DNA of 64,000 bases from Camelus dromedarius (Eukaryota). The DNA lies in contig NC_087437.1 of assembly GCF_036321535.1 (NCBI RefSeq), positions 87,794,001-87,858,000 on the forward strand, given 5' to 3'. The notes under the pieces were generated by a model. It was not told the origin of the DNA. It searched no databases and saw nothing but the letters and a program-made list of their open reading frames with translations. Shown here piece after piece: positions 38,636 through 50,056 of the stretch (positions are counted from its first letter, which is position 1; each line of letters starts with the position of its first letter). The translations under genes were made by a program, and so were the position numbers.

Positions 38636-39052
38636 TGTTAAAGTAACCAGGTCAGGACCAAGATGGAGTCACTCATGCTAAACCTCACAATGAGGTTTGT
38701 CAGCAAGAAAAAAAAAGAAAAAAATTTAACTAAGTTCCATGCTCAGCAATCCCAGAAAAGGAAGACCTAAGTCAACCAATCAGCATTTGCCTGCTCAGTC
38801 TGCGTTACCTAACTAGTCTCCAATATTTCCCTTTGCTCTGTATAAGGAAAGGAACCCTGCTTTAACCAATCAGCAATTGCCCAGTGTAACTTCCTGCTTC
38901 CTGCTCACTTTGTTCTGTAAAAATCTCTCACCATGGACAGCTCTTCAGACCTCCATTCTGTTTGCTAGAATGGATGCTGTCCACTTCATGAATTTCTGAA
39001 GAAAACTAACAATATGTTTAAAATGTACTCAGTTGAATTTTGTTCTTTAGCA
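38636..39052 (+). mobile_element. ERV1-class solo LTR inserted in an L2 fragment (~38410-39270)
   Basis: Inverted termini tgttaaag ... ctttagca, caagatggagtcactcatgctaaa near the 5' end, and two accaatcagca CCAAT repeats. L2-like flanks. Confidence 0.75.
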
Positions 39053-39970
39053 AACACCTACCTTTTCCAGCAAGGCTTCCCTCACCCCACAAGCACTTCT
39101 CTGCCTTTCCACACCTTTGTATCCTACTGATCACATTACAAGGCAAATATTTATTTCCTCCCATTTTATTTCAAGCTGTAGAAGGAAAAATGCTTTACTT
39201 TTAATCATCTGTGTGTCCTTGTGATCACTTGCAGTGTCTTGTAAACACCTAACAGTATAAATGGATGAAGAACAAATTTATGATCCACCTCACTTCACAA
39301 GTCTACTGATATGGTCTAAATCAAACATTTATTAATTATCAAAATGTCAGTACTGGCGATACAAATAACACTCAAGTGTGAAGTACAAACGATAAAAAGA
39401 GGTAGGTCATTGGTAGAGAGGGTGAAATGTTTCCTTTGCCCTTTATTCTGATCTCCACTGTAATCTCCCACCTAGCTCTCTTCCTGTCCCTTCAGAATAG
39501 TGTAACACTGTTTGCAAGTGCCCCTGAGCCCCACTCTGTCAGTGAGCACTCTGCTTAAAGGCTCTTCCTACACTCAGTCACCACATAGCTCTGAATTTAC
39601 CACTGAGACATCACCCAGCCCAAAAGACCCACAGAAATATATCATGATATAACCTTTCAATTTTATTGTCATTTTCACCCTTTATTCAGATGTTTAAGAA
39701 ACCAAAAAGCTTAGAATCAGAGAAAGTGGTACCAAGACTTGAAGACTTTCATTCTTAGACTTAGAGAGGTACATACTATCCCTGAGCTTGCCTATTGTGT
39801 GTTCTGACCAGGCAGTCCCCAGGGAGGAGAAGGACAAGGAAGAGGTTTTCTATCTGACAGCCTGATACCCTGCTGGTTACCTTTGCCTTCTAAATCTTAC
39901 CTGCAGGTAAAAGCAAAGGCCTTATACTATACTCAGATACATATGGAACCACATGTGCTCTGACTGAATA

Positions 39971-39973
<3 letters not shown>

Positions 39974-40049
<76 letters not shown>
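39974..40049 (+). repeat. (TC)38 microsatellite
   Basis: Direct reading; perfect repeat. Confidence 0.97.
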
Positions 40050-40052
<3 letters not shown>

Positions 40053-40607
40053 TTCTCTGGCTTCATATCCTTACCACCCATTTTGTGTCTACTGGCTTTG
40101 TGATACAACAGATTCAGTTTTATGTGAAGTGCCATGACAGCCTAGCCCTGAACACCCCACTCTTATAAGTTCCTTGAGAGTGTGGTCCAGGGGAATTTAA
40201 ACAGTTTGAATAACCTCTGAGCTTCAACTGCCCCACTGCATTAGTGACCATCAAGGCATAGGCACGTTTCCCAGACAACACACTCCATAGCTCTCTATTA
40301 ACTTGCCCATCTGATCTCCACAATGTCCACACTGGCTTGGAAGCTCTGTTACCTGTGCTTTCTAGATATTTACTATCTTGTTCTATTGAATGTTACTTCA
40401 TCATTTTCTTGTGCATTCAAGCAACTCTCACCCTTCTTGATGGTGGAAAGCATGGTCAGTGTCTCCCATCACCACCAAGATCATGCACATTCCACTTTGA
40501 GAACCCTTGTAACACACTCACTTTGAAATTGACTCCAACAGTCATCCTCAGTTGTCTGAGCTTAGGGAAAGTGCGGGCTTGAAATGATGGTTTTCCTTTA
40601 CATTAGT

Positions 40608-41238
40608 CTTTTTCCATCTTTTTCCATTTCTTTTTGTTTGTTCTTGCTTTGTTTTTTTACTGTGTTAAAAAACATACATAACATAAAATTCACCACTTTA
40701 ATTATTTTCAAGTGTACAGTTCAGTGACATTAAATACATTAGCATTGTTGTGCAATCATCCCTACAATCCACCTCCAGAGTTCTTTCCATCTTCTCAAAC
40801 TGAAACTCCATACCTATTAAACAATGACTCCCCATTCTCTCCTCCCTCCCAGCCCTCTACTTTCTGCCTCTATGAATTTGACTACTTTCAGAATCTCATG
40901 TAAATAGCATTATACAGTATTTGTATGATTATTTCACTTAGCATAATGTCTTCAAGTTTCATCTATATTATAGCATATGGCAAAATTTTCTTCCTTTTTA
41001 AGGCTGAATAATAATCCATTGTATGTATACATCCCAATTTGTTTGTTCACTCATCTGTCAGTGGGAACTTTTGTGGTTTCTACCTTTTGGTTATTGTGAA
41101 TAATGCTGCTATGAAGATAGGTGTACACATATCTGTTTGAGTCTCTGTTTTCAATATTTTGGGTATAGATCCAGAAGGAAACTGTTGGGTCACATGGTAA
41201 TTCTATGTTTAATTTTTTGAGGAACTGCCATACTGTTC
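40608..41238 (-). mobile_element. L1MB-like 3' end, 5'-truncated
   Basis: catacataacataaaattcacc...ttatttcacttagcataatgtcttcaag...gaggaactgccatactgtt. T-rich tail at 40608-40660. TSD acattagt at 40600-40607 and 41239-41246. Confidence 0.9.
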
Positions 41239-41324
41239 ACATTAGTTGTTATATCTACTATTTCTTAAAGTGTTTTCTCTAAGGAGAAATATATATACAT
41301 TTGAGAATAAACAATGAGATCAAG

Positions 41325-41925
41325 TGTATTAGTTACCTATTGCTGTTTCTAATTACCCCCAAAACTTAGCAGTTCAAAACAATAAACATTCATTATCTCA
41401 AAGTTTCCGTGGGTTAGGAATTCATGCACAGCTTCGCTGGGTGCCCTTGACTCAAGGTGTCTTACAAGGCTGCAGTCAGTCAAAAGTATTGGCAAGGGCT
41501 ATGGTCAACTCAAGACTCAACTGAGGAAGGATCCACTTTCAAGTTCAGTCTATATGGGAAGTCTCAGAAGGTACACTTCCAGGTTCACTCAGATGGCTGT
41601 TGGCATGCCCCGGCTCATCACTGGCTGTTGGTCAGAGATGTCAGTTCCTGGCCACATGGTCCTCTCCATAGTGCAGCTCACAACATGGCAGATTGTTTTT
41701 TCCAGAGTAAGTCTCCTGAAGAGCAGGAGAGAGTCCAAACAAGACAGAAATCATAGTCTTCCTTGTAACCTAATCTCAGAATGGCATCCCACTACTTTTG
41801 CCATATTATATTCATTAGAAATGAATCACTAAGTCCAGCAAACCCTTGGGGAAGGTGGCTACACAAGATTGTGACTACCAGGAGGCTGAGATCACTGGGG
41901 GTCACTTTAGAGGCTGCCTAACACA
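41325..41925 (-). mobile_element. MLT1F-like MaLR solo LTR
   Basis: tgtattagttacctattgctg...ccccaaaacttagcagttcaaaacaa ... ttagaggctgcctaacaca. Probable 5-bp TSD tcaag/gcaag. Confidence 0.85.
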
Positions 41926-43442
41926 GCAAGAGTTTGCTTTGTTTTGATTTTTATCACTTTAACTTAGAACAACTAACATCTAGAAAGCACTCAAAATATT
42001 TGTTCAATGAATATTAGTCCAAATACATAATCTGTCTTTTCACACATTTATATGGTGCTTGAAATCAGAGAAAATTTAACTATAGTATATCCTAACATGA
42101 TCATTTTAACAGTGAAAAAATATTTTTTCTCCCCTATTTTATTATATTACATGAAAACATCAGAATCAAATTTAGTATCTCTCCCAGAAGGCATTAGGGA
42201 AACAATACCACTTACTGACTCCTTTTGTATATTTCCGGGTATTCTTGTGGAAACTTTGTCATTTTATGACATATGGGAAGAGATAACATAGTTGAAGATA
42301 ATGTAGTCTATTTTAAGAATTTAACATTCGTTACTGAAAGGCTTTTATGCTTCAAGTTAAGGAAGGCAAAGAATATTACAATGAAGATATGTATGCTGTT
42401 TATTCTTGGATTTTTTTAGCAGCATATTGATCTTTTAGAAGGACTTTCAAATTACTTTAGTAAGTTGGAAAATAAGGAAAAAAATATGTCTTTATTAAGC
42501 ACGGATAGACTGCTACACTGGGTACCAAAGGTATACCTAAATGTGCCGTACTCTTTTAATATTTTTAAATAATGTTATTCAGCATTGTTTCCTAAACTAG
42601 GTTACTTATACTCAGAATTTTAGGATTGGTAATAATTTATCAAGGATTCCTAAAAATTATTAGATATGTTATACCATCTGTTTGCTAACAAATGTGAAAG
42701 ATATATTCTTGGGTTTGTTCAAAAGACATAAGCCAGTTTAAGGAGAACCTGGAATATTCAGTAGCAGTATACTGAACAATTCTGGAGGAAAATGTGTGTG
42801 ACTGGATAAGATCAGAAGCTATCTGAAGGCTGTTGTACTGTGAGGAGAGGATGGTCAGTAAGTTTCATCTACTCAGATGAATAGGAAGTGACTATTTTAG
42901 GGAAGGTGTTGAAAAGCATTTCGAGGCCACTCCCAGATCTTAGCAAGTATATGCAGTTTTCAGCAAGTAGTGACTGCTAGTGGTGGGGGAGAGAGGAGTA
43001 GGGACATAATATTTATTTATCATGCTGTTTGTTGTGAGATAAAGAGAGCAATAAAATGGTACCATGTATTTCTATTACACTTCAGAGAGCCTAGCACCTT
43101 TAATGATGAAAAGTATTTTTGGATTTTTTATCACAATACTGAGCACTCCTAAAAATTCTTCATTTTACCAAATTATAATGAAATAAATTCTAAAGTCCCT
43201 TCTATTACCAAAAGTTTGTGATTCTGTGACAGCCACTTATACTAAGGTTATTTTGAGCAAGTAAAAACATTTCCTTCATTTTTAACAGTAAGATGATTAT
43301 TATTGTATTTTGTTTCGAATTTTATGAACTCTCAAATTCTGACTTTGCTGCTTATATTTGTTTCACAATAGTTTTGCAAACACATTTTTTTTTAGTTCTT
43401 AAAAATCCCTAAATCACTAGAACTTTTAAAAAATATATTAGT

Positions 43443-43677
43443 GAGATAAACAACAAGGTCCTACTGTATAGCACTGGAAATTATATTCAATATCTTGTAA
43501 TGGTCTAAAATGAAACAGAATATGAAAAGGCATATATATATATATACACACATACACATACACACACACATATATATAATATATGTATAAATGAGTCACT
43601 CCACTATGCTATACACCAGAAATTAACACATAAATTGACTATAATTCAACAACAAAAAAACCCTTTGAAAACCCTTA
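43443..43677 (+). mobile_element. 5'-truncated lineage-specific L1 3'UTR
   Basis: gataaacaacaaggtcctactgtatagcac...tatacaccagaaattaacaca with internal TA/CA repeats. TSD aaaaaatatattagt / aaaaaatctattagt at 43428-43442 and 43678-43692. Confidence 0.9.
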
Positions 43678-44400
43678 AAAAAATCTATTAGTTCCTTAGC
43701 CATAAACCCTTCTAAAAATTAGAATTCCAAGTACCTTAGCTATATTCCAAAATGCTAATTATTACTACAGTTTCTTTAGAACTTCCCAACCTTGCTATAC
43801 GAACTCATGAGTGTATCTAGAGAGTCTACGCTTAATTTGTTCTGTTCATAGCAAGAAAATTTTACCCCCGTTATCTTAGAGTGTTAATAGCCAATACTTC
43901 AGTTGAAATGTTTCACTTATTGCTTTAAGTTTAGGAGCATTAATTTAAAAGCTGATTTTCTACTTAAATGATTAAAGATTACAGGCTTAAAATAAAAATA
44001 CAATTTTGTTAGAAAAAAGAGTATTATGACAAGAATAGTAAAAAGATATAACGAAGTAAAAACCATGTTCTTTATTATCGCTTGTAACTTAAAATGATAA
44101 GCAAAAATCTAGGGCAATAAATAGACTGTCATAATTCTAAGATCAAGAACTTCTTAGAATTTCAGGCAGGGTTTTTTCACACTCAACAAAGTTTGTATGA
44201 TAATATTGCAATTTCTAATTGTATAATGAAAATTTACTTGATTGCTCTTAATTAACTTACAAAAGAGTAACGTTCCCAGTGAGTTTTCAAAAGAAATCCA
44301 AGTCTCTTGCATACATGGTAGGTGGCAGTCTTTTCACATTGCAATTTCAAATTAATGTTTAAAGACTTTTAAGTCACAAAAACCATGTTTTTGATCATAT

Positions 44401-44949
44401 TGTTACCCAAAAGAAGAAGGGAAAAGACCTCAGTTCTTGTCTTACCCAAAAGAGAAGAATTCAGAAGGGAGTGTTGTACAGGGAAAGATTTTAAAGGTTT
44501 TATTTAGCAAAGGGAAAGTACACCTCCAAGAATGGGAGGTGGGCTGATCCAAGGGTGGAGAGCAATGGCCTTTGTTTGCCCCTTCTCTTAAATTAAACCC
44601 TTGCTTAGAGGTGGTCTCTTGACTGATTGACAGCTCTTGCCCCTGGAGTGCTTAGTCATGCTTACCCACTTTTGCACATGTCCTTACTCATGATGCACAC
44701 AGGAAAACCCATGGTGGGTGGGCCAAAACTGCAAAGCTTATTGTATTATAATGAGCACTGGGTCATGTCCAGTTAGGCCCTTTCACTACTGCACAGTTGC
44801 AGCTGTCCAGTTCTAACCAGTTTCTTGCTGGCACTCATTTAGAAGAAGTAGATTCCCTTTATGCTGGACGCGGACATAACACCATCTTCTGCACTATCTC
44901 TGCCTCCACCTTATCTGCCCAGTGCCCCCACTTATCTAACTACTAAACA
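44401..44949 (-). mobile_element. ERV solo LTR (probably ERV1 class)
   Basis: TG...CA termini (tgttacc ... ctaaaca). Antisense poly(A) signal (ttttatt near 44500) about 100 bp from the left end. GC-richer than its flanks. 4-bp flanks atat/atac. Confidence 0.7.
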
Positions 44950-45334
44950 ATACCATGAATATGTAAGTTCTCTAGAATCTGGTAAGGCAGATTTGAGGTC
45001 CTTTGTCTGATCCTTAAGCTCCTTCATGATGGATTTTCCACATTAAGACTTTCTTACTACCAATACTTAAAGAGAAAAATGGGAAGTCCCAATTAAGATT
45101 TTTCTAGTGATTAAAAGAACTATTAATGTATCATTTATTTGTTTGGAAAGTAAATCATATTTCAAATTTGTCTCATCTTACAATAAAAACTTTCATTTAA
45201 AAGCACAGTGTGATTATAAACCAGGAAGGGGCATTGGATAGGAGTTCTTAATCTAAAGTCCATAAAGTTTCAAGGCTTCATGACAGCTGTGAACCTTCTG
45301 ACACTGTAAGATATTGTATGTCAATGAACATGTT

Positions 45335-45550
45335 TCTAATTAGAGGATTGAGAGAGAAGCGAGAGGAGAGAAAGACAAGAGTAAAGGATGACTTGGAGGA
45401 TTCTGGACTGAGCAACAGAGAATGGAACATGCGACTGACTGGGAAGGGATGATTTCTGGTGGAGCTGGGGATTTCGAGTGGAGCTGGGAGGGCAGGGGTC
45501 AAGTGCTCGGTTTTATATGGGTTAACTTTGAGATGTCTATTAGATAAGTT
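45335..45550 (-). mobile_element. L2 fragment
   Basis: gagtaaaggatgacttggaggattctggactgagcaac...tcaagtgctcggttttatatgggttaactttgagatgtctattag. Confidence 0.8.
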
Positions 45551-46699
45551 AACCCAATCTGAACTAACTGGACACAAGAAAGTAAGAAAATCCAACAAAC
45601 AAGCAAATACAGTGTTCAGGTAGGTAATGATGCTGAAAGGCTATTGTGTGCTAGGACACATTTCTCCTGAGGGACCAGTTTTGTGCACATGCTACTCTAG
45701 TTTTTCTCCCAAGTGCATTTAAAGGCAAAGATATCAGTTTCACCTTTGAAAAAGAAACCGTTTTCTTTCCATATGTATTTTTGTTGTTGTATCGGTGATA
45801 TATAGCTATTAAAGATGGTTATAAATATTTAAAATATTAATGGTTGTGTTACACATTATAAATAGCTTTATGAGCTCACCAAGCACCATGAGTGATATAC
45901 TCTGGTTCCCCTGGGAACCGTGGATAAAGTCATTGCCACGCTGGAGGACATAATGTGCATTCACCAGTGACAAATGAGTGCTCTGTTAGTAACAGATACT
46001 ACACTGAGTTTACTTGAGTCAGTAAAATTGGTGGCAAAGAGAGGACATTATGTAAACTGATCTCATCTAATTGATAGTACACTAAGACTAAGAAAAAAGT
46101 TTAAATTCTTATGAAATTAACTTGACACCAGAGTAACAAAAGAGTGGGTTTTTATAAATCCTGTAATTCATATAAAATAATCTATCAATGACATTGGTAA
46201 TTCAACTATACCTCATTTTGAATTTTTCTATCCTTATCTATTCCTTTCTCTTTTTTCTGCCCTCATTTTTCCTGTGTCCTCTCTTAGGGGGATTCCACAC
46301 ACTTCTATTTAGACTCATTGCTACAGGGTAAAATTAGTAATTATCTAGGTGGGCAGCTATCTTACAGGGTGTGAAAGGGAAGCTGGGCTGACTTGATAGA
46401 GCCCCAGCATCCTGGGAACAAGCAGCGTGGCCTTCTTCGTCTTGGTGACTTAATTTCCACGACTCTTGATTGTATCACGCATATCCATTTCTCTACGTCT
46501 CAACTTCCTCGTTTGTGAAACAGAAATAAAAGCCAAGCTGACAGTTGTTTTAAAATTAAGTGAATAAATGTAGAGAGTTTCTGAGTGTAAGATACTATAT
46601 TATGTAAGACACTGTATTAGTATAATTATTATAACAATCAAGAGTTTCTAATGGAGATAGTATGTACGAAGGGACTATGGGCTGGTTGCATTATCTGGC

Positions 46700-46925
46700 C
46701 CTCAATTATTGAGCTTCTGACTATATGTCGGGCTCTTTATTGGGTACTTAGGGTACAGGATCTGGGATCTTTACAGCAGCCCTGAAGAGCAGCACCACTT
46801 CTGTAGTTTATACGACACTGAAACTGATATTCAGAGAAGTGATGTTCTCAAAGTCACACACACAGATTGACAAAGCCAGATGTGGCTCCAGCCTAGTCTG
46901 CCCAGTTCCAAAACCTGTGCGCAGT
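46700..46925 (-). mobile_element. MIR SINE
   Basis: ttattgagcttctgactatatgtcggg...gaaactgatattcagagaagtgatg...aaagtcacaca...ccaaaacctgtgc. Confidence 0.75.
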
Positions 46926-48104
46926 CCCTCACCCACAAGGACAGTGGCGAGGTGGCCAGGGTGAGAGTCCTTGACTGAGCACAGCCCTGTACCCCAGGCA
47001 AGTCCAGGGAACGGGTTTAAGCTGAGTGTTCTCACCCATAAGATGACATTAGAAGATCTTTAGGAATCCAGGAAAATCATTTCCCAGAATGGCTGGGGAT
47101 GCTGGGATCTGTGTTTTTTAAAGTGTGGTTTGTTTTTGCAAAGTCAGTTATCTAATTAAATCCTTTACTGTACTCAGATCAGTCTCCCGCCAGTGCTGAC
47201 GTTGACCAGAGAAGGAACTCCCTTAGGTCTACAGAAGCCCGGGAAAGCTCCCTAGAGGACATAACCTCCATGTTTGCTCTTCCGTTTCATTCATCGTATA
47301 CATTAAACTTCCCCAGAAAGGGTGAAATTAAGTGCTGCAACACAGAGTGCAACAGACTTTCATGTATTTACATTATCTGTTTCAGGTATTTTTTTTAAGA
47401 ATAGTTTATTAGCTCTTTTTAATAAGATGAAATTATTTTCAAGTTATTTGCTCATTTCTATGATAAATATGGTTAGATAAACTTGATTTAACTCTTCATT
47501 CCTACACAAAGAACATGAATGTCTTCTGGAATTTAAAGAAATGAAAAGGAATTTATGTTTCTTACTTTCATTTCTTTGTACAGCTGGGCTTAGAGTCAAT
47601 ATATCTGGACTATGTCAAGAGTCTTTAAGAATCTCTTATACTATCCCCATTAGATAGAAAAGTTGTCTTATATTACATAAAAGCCATATGACAAAATTCT
47701 TGCCATTTTTTCTGCCATTTATGTTTTATTGATGCAAAGCCATTTGTTAGATTTTATGAAGGTACAAGGATATATATTCAGAAGTGAAGATGGCTAGGAA
47801 GACCCCAGCATAGATTATTTTGTAAGTATTTTAATATATAAATTCAAAATGGAAAGTTGAGATGAGAAATTTTACTTCTTTTCTATTACAAATGAAAATT
47901 AATAATGGATATAAATTAAAACACTAAATAAGTAAATCAGTGTAAGTCTCTGATCCCTGCTACATCTTTATCATTCATAAAATTTCTGCCAATTTTGCAA
48001 TATAATTCTAATTTCATAAGAACACTCACATTAACTAAATTAGTATCCTGCCTTTGAAGTAACACATGTGCAATAAAGCATTATGTTGATTGATTGCAAT
48101 GCTT

Positions 48105-48250
48105 AACAGTGCCTAACACTTATTTAGCACTTTACATCCTCAAAGCACTTTACAAACATTAACTAATTCATCATCGTGTCACTGTGATGTCAGGAAGGTG
48201 GTAGAATTCCCATTTCAGAGATGAAGAAATTAAATAAAGTGGCTTATGGC
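48105..48250 (-). mobile_element. Ancient amniote MIR-like (MIR1_Amn-type) CORE-SINE relic
   Basis: aacacttatttagcactttacatcctcaaagcactttacaaacattaactaattcatc followed by the CORE-like cccatttcagagatgaagaaat. Confidence 0.6.
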
Positions 48251-48869
48251 AGTGAAAGACTTTAGAAAGTCTAACTATCAATACCTCAGGAAAGTTTCAA
48301 CTAAATGACTAGAGCAGGGAATTGGCTGTGTGCATATGATATAAAGAAAGCAGTTCAAGTTGAATATCATATTACAACCCTACCACTTTTCAACTATGGC
48401 ACTTAGAAGGATGAATGACCATTCTCAACAATCCATGTTTCCTTCCTAACCTTTGCTATTCCCAAAGAGCAATGATACAATTAATTTTGCCTACTATTTT
48501 CCATTTTTAAAATACATTTTTTTCATAATTAAAAACTCTTATGAATTTAAAAAGACAATTGTTCAGGAATTTTCCATTTGGCATCATGAATCATGTTTGA
48601 GAAAAAATATCAACTACTGGAAATGTTCAAAAATTATTTTAAAAAAACAACGTTAACTAAGAAGTTTAAGTTATTTCCAGTCAGAATAATTTTTTAATAT
48701 TGATTTCAAAAGAGACTATCAACAAAAGCTCTACAGATTCTCAAAGAAATGTTATCCAGAAAGTGTCATTATTTCAACTTTACTGAAAATTTGTATTTGT
48801 CACATGATACAGTAGTATTGATCTGACTTATAATGAAATTCATTCTATACAGACCCCAAAAGTATACAA

Positions 48870-49500
48870 AAATTTGGTTGAAGTATAATATAGATTCAGA
48901 AAGCAATGTAAATCATACAATTTAACAAATTTTACATAGTAAGCCCAACTGGGAAACCACCTGATAGATCAAGGAATAGAACTCCAGACATTGCCCGTAT
49001 CCCAGCTCCTAGTCCCTGCCTCACACACATATCTCTGCTACGACTCCTATCACTACCAATATTTCGTTTGGTTTTGAATTTTACAAAAACATAATTACGT
49101 AGTATGTCCTATTTTTTACTATTTTATTACTGTCTTCTCTCTGTGTTTTTTACAAGAATCATCCATGTTGTTCCAGGCAGCAGTATTTATTCATTTTCAT
49201 TGCCGTAGCGTGTACCATTAATACCTATGCTTGTATGACTGTACGTCTATACACAATCAAGTTTACTTACTTGATTGATTCCACTGTTGATGGACTTTTG
49301 TTCCAGTTTAGAACTATTACATATAGTGCTACTACGAGCATTTTTGTATGTATGTTTTGGTGCACATATGTGTAGATTTGTTATTTAAACCTAGGAACAG
49401 AATTTTTGGATTATAGAGCATGCCAAACAATTTTTCAAAATTCTTCTTGCAATACCAGTAGGGTATGACAATTCCCTTGCTCCACAATCTCCCCAAACTC
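48870..49500 (-). mobile_element. L1ME-like 3' region
   Basis: agatcaaggaatagaactcc...atcatccatgttgttcc...tttattcattttcattgccgtag...ttccactgttgatggac. Confidence 0.75.
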
Positions 49501-49605
49501 TTGAAAATAAAATTTTACTGGAACGTAAGTGTGCACATTAGTTTGGTATTAACAATGGCTGATTTTACAAGAGATGAATAGTTAGGAAAGAGATCATTCA
49601 ACTCA

Positions 49606-50056
49606 TGCATTGGTTTCCTTGGGCTGCCATGACAAACTCTCACAAACTGGTTGGCTTAAAACAACAAAATGTATTCTCTCGTAGTTCTGGAAGCCAGAAG
49701 TTTGAAATCAAAGTGACAGAGCATCAATTCCTGTGGAGGCCCTGAGTGGGGAGCTCTCCTTGCTCCTTCCAGGTTTTAACAGCTGTTGGTTTTCCTTAGT
49801 TTTTTTGGCTTGTGCCTATAACACTCCAATTTCAGCCTCAACTTCACATGGATCTCTCATCTGTGTGCCTGTTTCTTCTGTGTGTCTAAGGATACTCATT
49901 GTATTTAGGCCCACTTGAATAATCCAGCGTGATCTCATCTTAAGATCCTTACCATAATTACATCTGAAAAGACTGTTTTTCTACATAAGGTAACATTCAC
50001 AAGGTTCAGAAATTTTACATGGATGTCTTTTAGGGGGGAATTTTCAGCCTACCATA
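49606..50056 (-). mobile_element. MLT1B/C-like MaLR solo LTR
   Basis: ggtttccttgggctgccatgacaaa...ggcttaaaacaac...gttctggaagccagaagtttgaaatcaa...aattacatctgaaaagac...ttcagcctaccata. Confidence 0.85.

Noticed and set aside
39890..40135. ORF with an (ER)n repeat
   Set aside because: The repeat is only the translation of the (TC)38 microsatellite.
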